Origin: Bilabrum cf. latius
Lineage: Eukaryota
Direction: 5' to 3'
Length of the DNA stretch: 64,000 nucleotides
Assembly: GCA_965178125.1 (NCBI GenBank)
Contig: OZ237756.1
Coordinates: 434,001-498,000 of the forward strand
Shown: piece after piece, positions 1 through 13,119 of the stretch
Layout of the letters: each line of letters begins with the position of its first letter
Position numbering within the stretch: position 1 is the stretch's first letter
Notes under the pieces: generated by a model
The model's database searches: none
The model's input: only the letters and a program-made list of their open reading frames with translations
Told to the model about the DNA's origin: nothing
Program-made: the position numbers and the translations under genes

Positions 1-3000
1 TGTGACTTTTTTTGCAGTCTCCTGGCATCCCAGCCAGTCCTTCGCGTCATCGATCCGGTGGGTCCACCCTGCCATCTTGATCCTGAATCCCAGTGCCAGC
101 GCGGCCCCGAGTGGGCCTGTCTGTACTGGTGGTCCCTGCAGGAATCGGCCCTGGTGGATGAACCTGGCCGCAACATCAAGGCCCTTCTTCGAGGGACACT
201 CGATCAGGTCCAGCAGGCCCATAGCAACACGCCCTGCTGCCGATGCCGTCAGCAGCTCAGTGTCCATCGCAAGGTTTGGCACGTATCGACCGCCCATGGT
301 GAAGGGCCTTACCTGTGTCGATCCGCTGACAATCATCCAGCGCGTATCCAGCAGGAATTTGTCCAGCATCTTGAGGACTTCCAGGTTCAGTTCCATCCCG
401 TAGAAAACTTGGGAACCATATCCTAATCCTGACAAGGTGTCCCATCCTGTTGCACATGCCGCTGCCTCTGCTCCGTAGAATGCACTCGTGATTGCTCCTG
501 CATGGAGCAGCTGGGCGTGCAGGGAGACCGCCCAGTTGCCGTTCACTGCCGCTCGTGTGATGTCCCTGGCCGCCCGGTACGCCATCGCAATCCTCCTGCG
601 TACGTGGGGTGCCATATCAATTACCCAGATGTCTCTCGCCTGCGTCAGCCCAGCTACTTCATCTGGGCTGATCCGTACCGGTTGGGTCGAAATGAGTAGA
701 CCGAGGTACAGGTAGGATGAGGCAAGTGGGATGGTCCACTCCCCATCCGTCTCTCCCGCGTCCGCTGCTCTGCATGCGACGCCCTCTGGCATGTCCCCAG
801 GAATTGAGTCCCGAGCGTAGCCAAAGGCCATGATCGCTGTCTTGGTTCCCTGGCCCGATGCTGTCAGGGGCTTGATTCCCAGCTACATGCCCGCAAGTGC
901 AAACAGGCTCTTGACTAGCTTCATGACCGCCACTGCTTCGTTCCAGTTCGACGTCAGTGCCACGTAGTCGTCTGCGTACCCGACTTGTCCACATTCAACG
1001 TATCGTCCGGTGTCGGTCACGATCCTTTGATGGTGCCCGTGCTGGAGCCTCTCTTTCCGCAGCGTTTCCAGGAGAACCCCCATCAGTACCAGGAAGATGG
1101 TGGGAGACAGAATCTCGCCCTAGGGGGTGCCCGCCGTCTTCTGCACTCTGGTAGAGACCCTCCTGGTGAGTGGGTCTCGAACGCGGATGGCCACCTGCAT
1201 GCGGGCCATGAGAAAGCGGACCGTCTGGCGTCCCCATCCTTGTTCCGTCATGATGGCCTCGATGATGTTCCACTTGCAACTGTCAAATGCTCCTTTGATG
1301 TCAAAGAATACCAGAAAACCTCCAGCACCCCTTCGTTGGGTAATCCATTCCATCACCGCTGAGTAGGCCTGCTGGCAGTTCTTGCCGATGCGAAATCCGG
1401 CCTAATCCTGGCCGAAGAGTCCGTGGTTTTCGCAGTACCACATGACCTTCTGGTTTGCGATGGTGCTTACGACCTTCGAGAGAGCCGAGGTCCAGCATAT
1501 TGGCCTGAATTCGTCGACTCCTGTGACTCCTGTGCCCTGCTTGCGCTTGGAGACCGGCCGCATGAACCCCTCCTGAAAGGCCTCAGGCTGAATCCCCGAG
1601 AAGAGTGTGAGATTATAAATGGCCCTGAGGAGGTCCAACAGAGCGTCACTTCGCCGCAGACACCCGTCCTCCTCAGAGCATGGCTAGCATTTGGTCAGCA
1701 ATTCCGCCCTGATCCCATCAGGTCCCACAGCTTTGTTGTGCTTGAGCTTGTCCAGTGCTTGATCCACCTCTGCGTTCGACCTGCAGAATAGGTTGAGCGG
1801 TGTCGCTGCCCTGGGCATGTGCGGCGCAATCCTGGCCATAAATCCGCCCACATCCGCACTTCCATTCCCACCTGCGTGAGAGAGCTGCTGTGCGTGTGCC
1901 TCTAGGATATCCTCGACGGCCGTAAGCACCTCTCCGCCTAGGTTCGTGATTGGTTCCAGTCCTGGTGCAGCTCGTTGCCTTCTAGAGATTGCATCAGCGA
2001 TCTATCGGTGGGCTTCCCTCGGACTTGCTGTTCCCAGCATGTTCCGCAGTGCGTGGCCCGTCCTGCGTGCCCCTCGCTCGGTGGTCTCGAAGACAGCCCG
2101 TCGATCATGGTCCAGGTTGGCAAGGAGCATCGTCCAGTACTCCTGTCCCTCATGGGCCTACTGGTTCACCTCTGTGCTCCCCCAGAGTGTTGCCTGCATC
2201 CGTCCATCTAGCCCCCGCTGTCGCCCTTCGAGGCGCAGGCTGGCTCGGCGATGTGCAGCCAAGCATGTTCTGGCCTCTGAAAGAGCTTGTTCCGTGGTTG
2301 GTCCCGCGATAAGGGCCTTGAGGCTGGCATGGGCTTTTCCCCACGTTTCAGCCCATCTCGTCCGTGCCGCCCAGGTCCTGCGGTGGCGCTTGCGTGACGC
2401 TTCCACGTGCCCGGCCTGGCCGGTGTTTGCCATTTGTCGGCCTGTAACAGTCTCGGCTGCTGCCGTGAAACATCCTTGCAGAAGCAGTTTGACGGAGGAC
2501 ACGGCCTGCGTAACCGCTTGCCCTGCAGCCTCTCGATCAGCCGAGGTTCCCGTCGAGCTTTTGAGGTCGCGAATTGCGTCGAGCACACAATGAGTGATGT
2601 CGCGGACTGCACTTGTAGCCTACCCGAATTCCTTGACGTAATAGTCCCAAACCAGGCGTTCTTGCTGCACATGCATGTCGGACACCCGTGAGTACGCTGC
2701 CCTGAAGGGGGCGTCATCGTCCTGCTCCGTTGTTGCTGGGACTGCAGTTGCTCGCGTTGCCGGGTCCTCCACTTCTGGGACTGTGACCAGCAGGTCTGCA
2801 ATCACCCCCGTGTGGTCTGAATATGTGCCTGGCTCTTGAGCCACTTCACTGGACACTAGCTGCAGCTGCGCAGAAGTGGAGATGCAGATGGCATCCAGTG
2901 TGTTGCCTCCTCTGTGCGTAGGCCCGCCCCCTGCAGGTGCGCGATACATGTCGATCATGCCCATGTCGTTCTCCAGATACCAGTCCATCTGACCAGCTCC

Positions 3001-3540
3001 CTCTTGGTCCCGGGCCTACGTCGGGTTGAAGTCACCGGTAACCACAAGTCGGTCCCTGGTGAAATTGCCTGCCGGTCCTTGACTCCGTCGCTGTCCAAGG
3101 GTCAGCTGGGGATCGACCACGAAAGCCTTGCCCAATACTGAGCCCCTTGTCTCTGCCCCGAGGGCAGCCCCTTGCGGTGGGTTGTAGCAGGCTATCACCG
3201 TCAGCATGCGTCGGTCGTGGTGCAGGACGTCACATACGAGGCAGTCCGGCGCCTCCAGGTCATCATCTCCCATGTCTGCCCACCGTCTCAGTACGAGGCC
3301 TGAATCTCGTTTGACGGCGACGCATACCCCGTGTGGGGCTCCGTTTCCTGCCCTCGTCTCCATCGCGTACAGGTCCGGGACGTCAGTGACGTAGCGTCCT
3401 CTAGCATCCTGTGTCTCCGTGCCAACAAACACATCGGGCATCTTGGTCTCCGTAAGGGCAACCTCCATCGCTTCGAGGTTCCCTTTGCGTCCCAGATTTT
3501 TGGTTGCAATCCTGACCTACTTGGGCGGGGTCGTGTCCAT
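1..3540 (-). CDS. LINE ORF2 (AP endonuclease-reverse transcriptase), intact if TAG=Gln; 3' end outside window
   Basis: ORF pieces at 3016, 2620, 2158, 1684, 1402, 1120 and 883 share one frame. They are separated only by TAG (9 in total: 3517, 3016, 2620, 2158, 2002, 1684, 1402, 1120, 883), with no TAA/TGA. EN motifs: RIATKN, ALTETK, VTGDFN, TLD, SDH. RT motifs: FRPI, *AGFR, FFDIKGAFD, GTP*GEILSP, GYADD, YLYLG, FYGAE. Start ATG at 3540 is tentative. Confidence 0.88.
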
Positions 3541-3579
3541 GATCCTGATCTGATCCCAGCCCCCGCGAGTACCTTGGAC
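1..3579 (-). mobile_element. Non-LTR retrotransposon (LINE, APE endonuclease + RT), 5'-truncated, runs off the left edge
   Basis: Carries EN and RT motifs in one frame (see CDS). Its right boundary is where identity to the duplicated block at 52009 begins (3580). No ORF1 is seen. Confidence 0.9.
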
Positions 3580-6225
3580 CGTGTCGGGGCAAGTTGCGTG
3601 TAAATTGAGACTTATTTTGCGATCGAAGGTGAACCGTATGCCTTGCACCGCGCGCGCATTGCTGCGGGTGCAATCTACATGGATGACTATTTGATATCTG
3701 GGAATAGCAGTGTGCGTTCTGTATTGATTGCACGCCAGCCGGCATGCAATTCATGGAGAGCACCGCAACTCGTTGTTCGCGACAACCACACCCCTTGGGC
3801 TGAAGATGCTTCGTTCGTCGCGCCACAGGGACCTGTATGTAGGCTTTGATTGTGTGCGAAATGGCATGCCATGGTCGACAGCTCTGGACTGGCGCTTTAG
3901 TAGACCGCAGGATGTAGTTGCACTTAGGCTCAGTCGCGCTTCTCGCGCTGTTTACAATCCCTTTTCCACATATGCTTACCTTGACATATCATGTACAGTG
4001 TGCAAATGACCGCTGCCTAGCCCTGATAGTTGAAGAGTATTCGTTGATGGCTAAGTGATGCGAGGCAACGAAGCGGTAGCATCTAGAACAGTAGAGGCCA
4101 TACTCTGCCATAGGACTTCTGCAGTACATGCAAACGGCCACTGGGCGTCAATTGGGTTTGATTACTACGTAATCACCGGGATGTCAAGGATTTAGCTAGC
4201 AAGCAAGGGTCAAGCAACAGCCGCAATACGATTCGCGAGCGCAGCAGCTTCCAGCTGGCAGCGCCACTGACCATTAAACCAGTACCTAAGTAAAACTTGA
4301 GCAGGTACGGCTTGGTAAACCTCAATATAGACGTCTGAAAGCTCGCGATCTGGGACGACTGCAGCAACACTGAGGCCGTTTCTGCCCTGATCCGGCGCCG
4401 CTCGTGGTCGTCGGTCTAGTTCTCGACGGATGTGTGCGACCTAGTATGCAGCCTGGTTGCTAGGCGAAGCTCCACCTGCCAGTAGGCATAATGCGCTGTA
4501 GATTAGCTGTGATTTTGCATCGCGGTCGCTTGTCGGTTGCTTGTGCTTGCGAGCGAAGCTTCCATGCGATTCGCTCTCGCATTTCGACCGGTAGATTCGC
4601 CGTCCATTCTTGAACACCAGGCATGCGCACGGTTGCAGCCGCTTGCATCCTGGCTATATGCATGGGCTCTGCCATTGCCAAATCGGGTATTTTGAAGGGA
4701 GACAGCTCGAGAGTGTACCGAAAGACCGGCGCAAACCAAGCGGTTATGCGAGCCAGAGGTGAGGCAGAACGGCAGCACTATCGCAAGCCGCTGGCACCTG
4801 TTTGCAGCTTTGTATGCCAGCTCATTTGGAATTCAAGCTGTCGCTCCTTATTCTCCGTGGTGTCCCCTCCGCAGAACCGAACGACCCATTGCCTGAATCG
4901 GCCGGAGGGTCCGCTGGCTCCACCGGTGGGGCCGATCCCGAGCCTGAGAGAGACGCTAGTCCGGGCCACCAGTGCAAGCACATGATCTTTCATGTGAATG
5001 CATTTGAGTGGGACAAGGCAGGAGACCTGATATCATCTGCTCTGCTCGCAGATCCGAAGATGGTCGCCGAGGAGCTCGCCGCAGCCTCTCGCCAGCTTGC
5101 AGAGGACATCAAGGAGGCCCGGGTGAAGCCATCGCCGGGGGAACCTTCTACAGACACGCTTCAGGCGGATACAAATGACGGTGTCAATGCGCAGAAGCGA
5201 GAAACGAGTCTCAAGGTGCCGCAGAAAGGCGCGACGAGCGACGCTCCCGGAGGGGATGCAGTCCAAGGTGCGCCGGCCGACTCTGTCCCCAAGAGGCCTC
5301 TAGACCTGGACCCGGTCGCATCGGATGGATATGGGGCAAGTCTGGTCCGCTTCAGCGAGGCCGCCAGGCCAGAGGACCCCTCCTCCTCCTCCTCCACCTC
5401 GAGCCCAGCCAGCAGCGGGGTGCAGGGTTGCGTCGTCAAGGCGGCTGGCAAGCTGGCCCGGGGGGAGGCGAAAGTGGTCCGGGCTGCGATCGAGTCTGCA
5501 TGCCAGGTGCAGGCAGGCATCGATGCGTTCATCGAGGGCCGCACATCCGGCGGCGGGACTCCACTGACGGTTGGGATCGGCATGGCCGTGGCAGCAGAGG
5601 CCTAGCGAGCGGCTGCCGTGTCCATGGGCCTGCATCTGGCGAGTCTCCCGGGTGCCAAGATGCCATTCCAATACCACCTGAGCATTGGCGGGTACCGGCC
5701 GAGCGAGAACACTGCCCATGGCCTCCCTCCCTCCTTCAGCCAGGCCCTTCTCACCGAGCTGGAGGATCTTGCCTCCGAGCCGGGAGCATCGTCGCCGCAC
5801 TCTTCGGAGGATCGTACGGTGGATCATCTTATGGCTTCGCTTACGGCGCTTGGCGAGAAATGCGCAAATGATGAAGTCCTGATTCCTCAGCCCGCTGTGA
5901 TCGGCATGTCTGCATGCACGACCGATGAGTTGGTTCAAGCGCTGGTTGCAACCGGAGCCATCGGCGACTCCGGATACTACGAGGACCCGGCCGTACAGCT
6001 GGCTGGCGATCTACCCAACCTGAGGGGCAGTCAGTAGTTCGGGGGTGACACGCATCACCCACCGATGCCATTCATTACAGGAGCCCACGGGCAGCTTATC
6101 CCGCCGGCCAACTCCAGCCTGCTTCACCTGGAGGCATCGTCAGCGGCTGGCAGCCGGCTGGGTCCGCTTCTGCACGGTGTTGGCGAGCCCCCAGCTGCAG
6201 CTGGTCATGCAGGGGGCAGTGGGGC
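3580..6225. repeat. Segmental duplication, near-identical to 52009-~54654 (offset 48429)
   Basis: ORF translations are identical apart from a few substitutions. The block covers the upstream region and 5' half of subtilase copies 1 and 3. Right boundary is approximate. Confidence 0.9.
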
Positions 6226-8617
6226 TGCCGCTGGCGCTGGCGCTGCCGCTAGTGCTAGCGCTAGTGCTGGTGCTGCAGGTGGCGGTGGTGGTGATGTTGC
6301 TTCAGAAGAGGCACAAGGAGCTGCAGCCGATGACAACGTTGACATGCGTGGCCTTCCCGTGGAGATGACCGATCGGCACCAGGTTGTTTTCTTCCTAGAT
6401 TCTGGTGTGCACCGTCGCTACTCTGGGTTTCAGTCCGAAGGTGCATTCGACTGGGTCGAGAAGGCTTTGTTTCAGGCCACGGGCGGGCATCCGGACGACC
6501 CGCCAACGAGCAGAGTATCGATGGGTGTGTCCATGCTGAATCCCGATGGGTCTAAGGAAGACGCGTCGAGGCCTCCTGATCCATTGGATTGGCATGGCAC
6601 TACGGTCGCAAATGAGGCGTGCGGCGGGCCGGGGATGCGGTCGATCATCGTGCCCGTGCGAGTCATTGGTGCGGCATGGGATAAACCGGGCACAAATTAT
6701 GGTGGTTTGCCGAGTGATGAAGCGCGCTAGCTTGTTGACTCACTCCCAACGATCGAGTCAGGAGGTCCCGACCCTGGGAGTGAGTTGGTCTACGCCGAGG
6801 ATGGTGCAGCTACTCATCTGCAGCGCGCATCATTCGCTGGCTGGGGACTGGCTGCGATAGTGCACATGGCTCAGGATGTGCGGCTGTCGATCCGACGATC
6901 CATGGGCGCCTCTTTTCGTGATGGGGCCGTCCTAGGGGTGGTGAACATGGCCATTGCGAACTGGGACGGAAGAAAGCAGAGGATCACCACGAGGCCAGAC
7001 ATCGACGAGGAGAAGATGAAGAGGATCTCAGCGGAGCTCGATCACTTCTCCGATGTGCTACGCAAACTGGGCTTCCTGCTTGTGGCTGCAGCTGGTAACG
7101 AGCACATGAATGCCGCAGACTCCTACCCTTGCAATGCCAAGGGTGTGATTTGCGTGGGATCCCACGCTGTCCCAGTACCGGATGCTTCTGATCAATCTGA
7201 TGCATCCCATGCTGGCCGAGCAGCAAAGCCTGTTGTGCGCATGTCCGGGTTTTCTCACTACGGCCGTGCTGTCGATATACTCGCCTAGGGTGAGGGAATC
7301 GATAAAGTCGATCTAGAGACGTTCCGGAAAAGCGGTGAAACCACGCGGGGCACGTCATTTTCGGCGCCTCGTGTGACAAGATCGCTGATCACCATGGCTG
7401 GAACGCTGCGGATCGTCGACGTGACCAAGGCTCTCCATCTATTACAAGCCAACAACAAGGATGTGGAGCTGGTGATTGCAGCGTCCGCCCCTTGGGGTGT
7501 TGGTGAGGGATGGCTGGAGACACAGCTCGCAGATACTATGGCAGGTCGGAAGGACTAGAGCTTGGTGATGAGGGACATGGCATCGACCGACCTTGGATCG
7601 TGGAAAGTACCGCGTGCGGATCTTCTTCCAGCCCTCTGCGACCCCAGTGAGGATGCGTGTGACCCTGTGTTGCGTGTCTATCGATGTGGCTGCTTCGAAA
7701 AGTTGATTCCAGAGTCGAAAGAGTGCGATTAGTCGCCCCTACTCCCTGGTGTGCACGTTGCGATGCAACATGACGGTTCACGAGAGCTCAAAGCTATTTT
7801 AGGCAAAGATGCTTGCTCTAAATCATCTTGCCGCATTACGAACAGCTTCACTCCTATAGACATGCCTGGGGATGATAGCGCGGTAGGTTCGTTGCTTCGG
7901 ATCGACGCAGATATCTCTGGCATTGGGCCTGATCCTGAGGATGCAGCCAAAGCAGATGCGGCTAGTGCTTCCGACAAGACTGGTGGGGCTAGTGCTGTTG
8001 ACAAGACTGGTGGGGCTAGTGCTGCCGACAAGACTGGTGGGGCTAGTGCTAGCGACCAGGCCGCCAAGGGGGGCGCTGCTGATCCTGGGGAAGGCCACAT
8101 TATGCCAGCTGAAGTCCCGTTTAAGGATTACATGTTCCCTAGTCGAGTCAAGTGCGACGCAACCGCAGGTTCACGGCGCCCCCATGCATTTATTCAGCTG
8201 TCTGGCATGTGTTTCGACGACGCTGATGGTGCTAACGAAGGGATCGAGGAAACCGATGTGCTTGTCGATGTCCTGGATGGCTGTCCGTGGACGCTGTATT
8301 CGAATACGATGGGCCGATTTGCGGTGCTTGCTAGACGTGTGTCGCGCTGCGGTACCGAGGCTGTGGCAAAGCCGATCTACGTCACAGCGTATTTGGACCC
8401 GCATGGCGCTGGTGGGCAGTCCCGGGCACAATCTTGCCAACCCATAATAGGTGATCCGGATACCGATGTCGCAACCGAGTCAGAGGAGCCGCTCCAATGG
8501 CACATCGGGGTCACGGTGAAAGAGCCCTCCCTGTACGTGCATGTACATGCTAAGGGTGAGGGTCTCAAGGGTGTACCACTCAGAGTAGACGTATCGGTTC
8601 TATATCCAGATGGATGA
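4623..8617 (+). CDS. Secreted subtilisin-like (S8) serine protease, copy 1; intron 4759-4874; 6 in-frame TAG
   Basis: Signal-peptide-like start MRTVAAACILAICMGSAIA. A GTGAGG...CCGCAG intron joins the two frames (MRAR-E-PNDP). Catalytic motifs FFLDSG (D), WHGTTVA (H), AAAGN (oxyanion N) and GTSFSAPRV (S) are in frame across TAGs at 5603, 6035, 6728, 7286, 7556 and 7730. Ends TGA. Confidence 0.88.
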
Positions 8618-9285
8618 AACCTCGAAATCAAGTCAATCTGCCGGATCCTGGGACACCTGGACGTACTCGGAGATCTGGACTATAGCCACGGGGACAAGGG
8701 ATGACGAGGAACTGTAGAACATTGTGGGGACACCGGCACAGGCGACGATAGTGCGGTGCAGGGACGCTTGTTATTTAGGGCTGCATACTAGGCTAACCAG
8801 TAGTAAAGGTTGTAACCTGGACATTCCTCCAAATCTTAAAAGCCCTAAACCCACACCAGACGGTCTCATCGGGCTACTTTTGGTGGTGAATACCTCCTAC
8901 CTATCCGGTGGATTTTCATCCAGATTTACCTCTCGGGCATTCTTCAGTTGGCCAAAAAATAAGTATAAGGTTATAATCCCCCTATATAAATCGAAATGAG
9001 TTGGTAGGGCCAATCCGGATCCGGATACGGTCTCTAATTAGCCTAAGATGGGATTGCGGTCGCGCAGTGGGTGCAGAACCCGCTCGAGGTGCAGGCTCAG
9101 ATTGGCTGTCAAAGTCTCCAACATCCGGATCACCGTGGTGAGAAGAAGCACCGGGGATAAATATTGAACACACACTAAAGGAAATCCCAGTCACATCATG
9201 ATTAATGACTGGATCATTGCCAATGAGACAACAGCTCCTTATCCCCGGATCACATATCCCTCGGTCACGATATACCCCATACCCT

Positions 9286-11090
9286 TCACACTCCCCTACC
9301 CACGCCGTAGATCGCTCGCCTCCGCACCTCTCGGGCCAGCGACCGACGCACTAGCACGCCGCACTCCTCGTGTCCATTTGCCATCGCTGCCTCCATCGCG
9401 TCCTGCATCACCCCGCCCGCATCCACCTTAAGCTCAGCCCCCCCCCCCATCACACCCAGCCTCAGCCTCCTGGCCAGCTCCAGAGGCCTGCCCTCGGATG
9501 CGGCCCGCCACACCAGCTCCGCATCCCGCCGGGCCTGACTCGCCACACGGTGACGCAGCAGAGCGCCGATGCGCCTGCGACGGCTGTTGTAGGCCCGCAG
9601 CCGGGGCAGCATGGCAGGGATCGTGTGATCCTTATGATACGTGATATCTGGAGAAATAGCTTCCCACCAGAAGAACACGATCCGTGGGTTGGATAGCACT
9701 GCCTCCAGCATTCTGCCGCACTGTCTGGCTGCTTCTTCACGCTGGCCCCGAAAGTCATTGATGCTGTTCGATCCGATCACGAGTGATCGCAATGCTTGGT
9801 TCTGCCGCACAGCATCACACAGCGGGCCTACTCGACACGGGATAGATTTCCGGCCTGTAGTCATGTTGTACCTGAGGATGAGGTGCTGGATACTGGTGTT
9901 CTCCCTCACAATGCGGGCCCCGCACTCTCCCATCGCATTGTGTGGGGCCAAGCCGCATCCCGGCAAAAGGGTCCAGCTCGTTTCCACCTGCACCAACGAG
10001 CTGTTGCTGCTGAGTGCCTCCGTCCATGCCAGCATCGCGTCAAGATCCAAAGTGCATGGACCCAGGTGACAGTACCGAATGCTCCGGTTGCATCGAATGC
10101 CGTCGGCCATGAGACGATTCATCTTGTACAGCTGCTGGATAGCCTCCTGCTCACGGGGCTGCTCGCCGAGCATATCGTCGAGGTTCAGCACCTCCAAACT
10201 GCACTGCGAGTCGGCCAGCACTTTCTGGAAGACTTGCACGCAATCCAATGACATCGTTATCCATCCTTTTAGCTCAAAGACTCGAAGCCGGTTCTTGCCG
10301 CCCGCGTGCAGCATGGCAGGTGCCAGGGCAGCCATGCCATCCGCCGTCCAATTGACGATCTAAAATTGTAAGCACTGCAGATGCGGTAAGCCATCAATCG
10401 TGTCCATGCATACTGTTGACCGAAGCGCAGATCCCACGCCTGCATCCAAGAGTTTGTGCTCGAGTCCAGGTACTCGCAAGGATCGTAGCCGGACGCCATC
10501 CTCGGCCAGTACCGATGCCAGTTCCTGTATGGCACTACACGGCGACTTTCTAGGCATGCTAACTCTAGATCGCCCTTGCCTGACTGGTTCCACTGCCTTG
10601 TCTACCTGCATGAGTTTCATTGCGTCGTGGAGGGTGTAGGCCTAGGTATAATGGCCCGTCCAAGTGTACAGTCCCTGCGAAAAAGAACAGCAGACAGGTT
10701 GCAAGACAAACATAGGCATACCAAGCAATGGGTTAATTCAATTTTGGCTGAAATCAGGTTACTACATGCTGGTCAGAACATACTTGAGAGCGAACGCTGA
10801 GCTTGGCCTGGAAGTACCCGGCCTCCTCCGCGAATTCAGACGACATGCTGGTTCTCCAATTGCAGTCAGAGAATGAAATCAGTACCTATATAAGCCACCA
10901 GGTCACAATAAAAGCTGTGGCAAGGCTACCCTAACAAAGTACAGAATAAGCCAGCGCGTGACGAGAGTGAGAACCACTCACGGAACCATGCCTGGATAAA
11001 GCTGAATGCCTGCAGAGTTGAAGCGACTCGGAGGTAGCAATTCTTCGTGTCAGTATGCTTTCCAACAGCCCCAGCTCGTGCTCCCTTGCA
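9286..11090 (-). CDS. LRR (RI-like) + C-terminal ankyrin-like protein, copy 1; last exon 9286-10674, likely intron 10675-10783, 5' end lost
   Basis: Repeats EALSSNSSLVQV / IVRENTSIQHLIL / DAVRQNQALRSLVIGSN. Ankyrin-like AASEGR and AAMANGHEEC. In-frame TAG at 10360 and 10642. Ends TGA. Homology to copy 3 stops abruptly at 11090, so it may be a pseudogene. Confidence 0.65.
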
Positions 11091-13119
11091 GGGTGCCAAG
11101 ATGCCATTCCAATACCACCTGAGCATTGGCGGGTACCGGCCGAGCGAGAACACTGCCCATGGCCTCCCTCCCTCCTTCAGCCAGGCGCTTCTCTCGGAGC
11201 TGGGGGGTCTTGCCTCCGAGCCGGCAGCATCATTGCCGCACTCTTCGGATGATCATACGGTGGATCATCTCATGGCTTCGCGGTCCCGATTTGTTATAAT
11301 ACGATGGCATAATTAATCTCTGTCCAACCTGCCGGTTGGTATTTGCTGAGAAAGACGGCGATGGGGACGGGGTGAGCTGGCCCGCACCAGCCTCACCCAA
11401 GGGCTGCCCGCCTCGGCAGCCCCACACCACCACGTCCCGGTCGTCGTCAGGGAACGTGAGCTCCCTGCCGGCAGGTTTGATATCAATCACACATAAAACA
11501 TGTCAAGCAGGGACCAGTTGGCCGGATCAGCAGGTAGCATCCTGCACCGCAGCCAGTCTGTCCTGCCGTAGACCCTCCATGAGCTCACGGGTGGGCGGGC
11601 TTTCAACAGAACTCCAGTGCCCAGATCTTTATATCTGTGGCGCTGCGTGTTGCGTCTCAGCCTCCACTCGAGCACTTGCCTCAAGGGAAGTGCCTCGGGA
11701 GCACAAACCAGGACCCGAACGACTCGGAATCAGTCGGGCCTGATCCCAAGTCTTACCGGGTCCCGATTTGTTATAATACGATGGCATAATTAATCTCTGT
11801 CCAACCTGCCGGTTGGTATTTGCTGAGAAAGACGGCGATGGGGACGGGGTGAGCTGGCCCGCACCAGCCTCACCCAAGGGCTGCCCGCCTCGGCAGCCCC
11901 ACACCACATTGATGCTACTCGGACGGGAGGGGCGCCCGTCCGTTGTCCTCTCGCCATTCTGACTCATTCCTTAGAGCTCCGCTACTGCCTTCTTGAACGC
12001 CACAGCCAGCTTGGGCAAGTGGTCCTTGCTCATGCAGTACACGGCATTCTCCAACGACTTCCAGTCGGCGTGCTTGTACATAACACCCACGGCGGCAACT
12101 GTTGCCTGTTCGCCTAGAGTGCGTGCTGAAGGACTCCGTGATCTCGCTCGTGCCCGTGCAGTACGCCTCCATCATCCTCCTGATGGCTGTCGTCCAGCTT
12201 GCTTACCAACGCTTTGTTGTCTTGGCGTCCGAATTCACGAACCGATAGGTCTTGGAGTCAGCAGGGTCGTCGCCGCAGCCGGCTAGTCTACTGCAATGTC
12301 CCCCAGATCGTGGTTCGCTGATGCACCTCGTCCAGTCGCTTCAGTGCGGTCTGGCCCATTGGGATGAGCACTGCCTACAGCGTGTCCCTTACAGCTGTTG
12401 TCTTCCAGAGAGAGAACATGGCCATATATGTGCACTTGCCCTTGTACATCATACTCGCGTCATCCATGGTCCGGGACCGCAGCTCGTTGCCGCGACACGT
12501 GCCGCCGATGCCCACTAGTGGAGCCTCGAGGGCAAGGATCTCTTCGGGTTTGCCCGCCTTGGGCCCGCCGTCTGTGACCATTGCGGTGCTCCATCTAGAT
12601 GATGGGAGCACGCTTCTTCCGGTTGCCCACGTCGTGCAGCCTCTTGTCCCTGCCTACCATCACCGTGTTGGTCGTTCCGGATGTGTCGGGGGATGGAGAT
12701 GCAGCCCGTCACGTCGATATATCTCGACACGTGGAGAAGGTTGACCTGAGCGTGGAGCCCTGGAGATTGCCGCGCTCCATGCGCAGCACCATATGGGCAG
12801 GGATCCGGTCAAGATTCTTGATCGCCTCCGCAATCGTGGTGCCGTTGGGGCCGAAGTCTATCAACAGTCTACCTACTGGACGACGCGAAGCCACTCGCGC
12901 CGGCTCGCCAGGCTGACATCAACCGCACTGCAGCGTATGGCAGGCGCACCCAAGCGCCATCGAGACCAAGCAAGCCCAACTCTGTGGCAGCCGACGCGAA
13001 GCAGCCCACCCCGGCTCGCCTGGCTGACTTTGACAGCAAGGCGGCCACTGGCAGGCGCGCACATGCGCCATCAAGCCCCAGCAAGAGCAAGTATACCCAT
13101 AATGCACTCTGATCCCTCC

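Noticed and set aside
1120-1404. TAG as pyrrolysine, Leu, Glu or occasional readthrough
   Set aside because: Aligned residues are Gln in conserved motifs and in paralogs, and up to 9 TAGs per ORF is too many for leaky readthrough.
3600-4600. Minus-strand gene upstream of the subtilase (possible LRR 5' exons)
   Set aside because: Only weak LRR-like fragments, with TGA/TAA in all frames. No gene model could be built.
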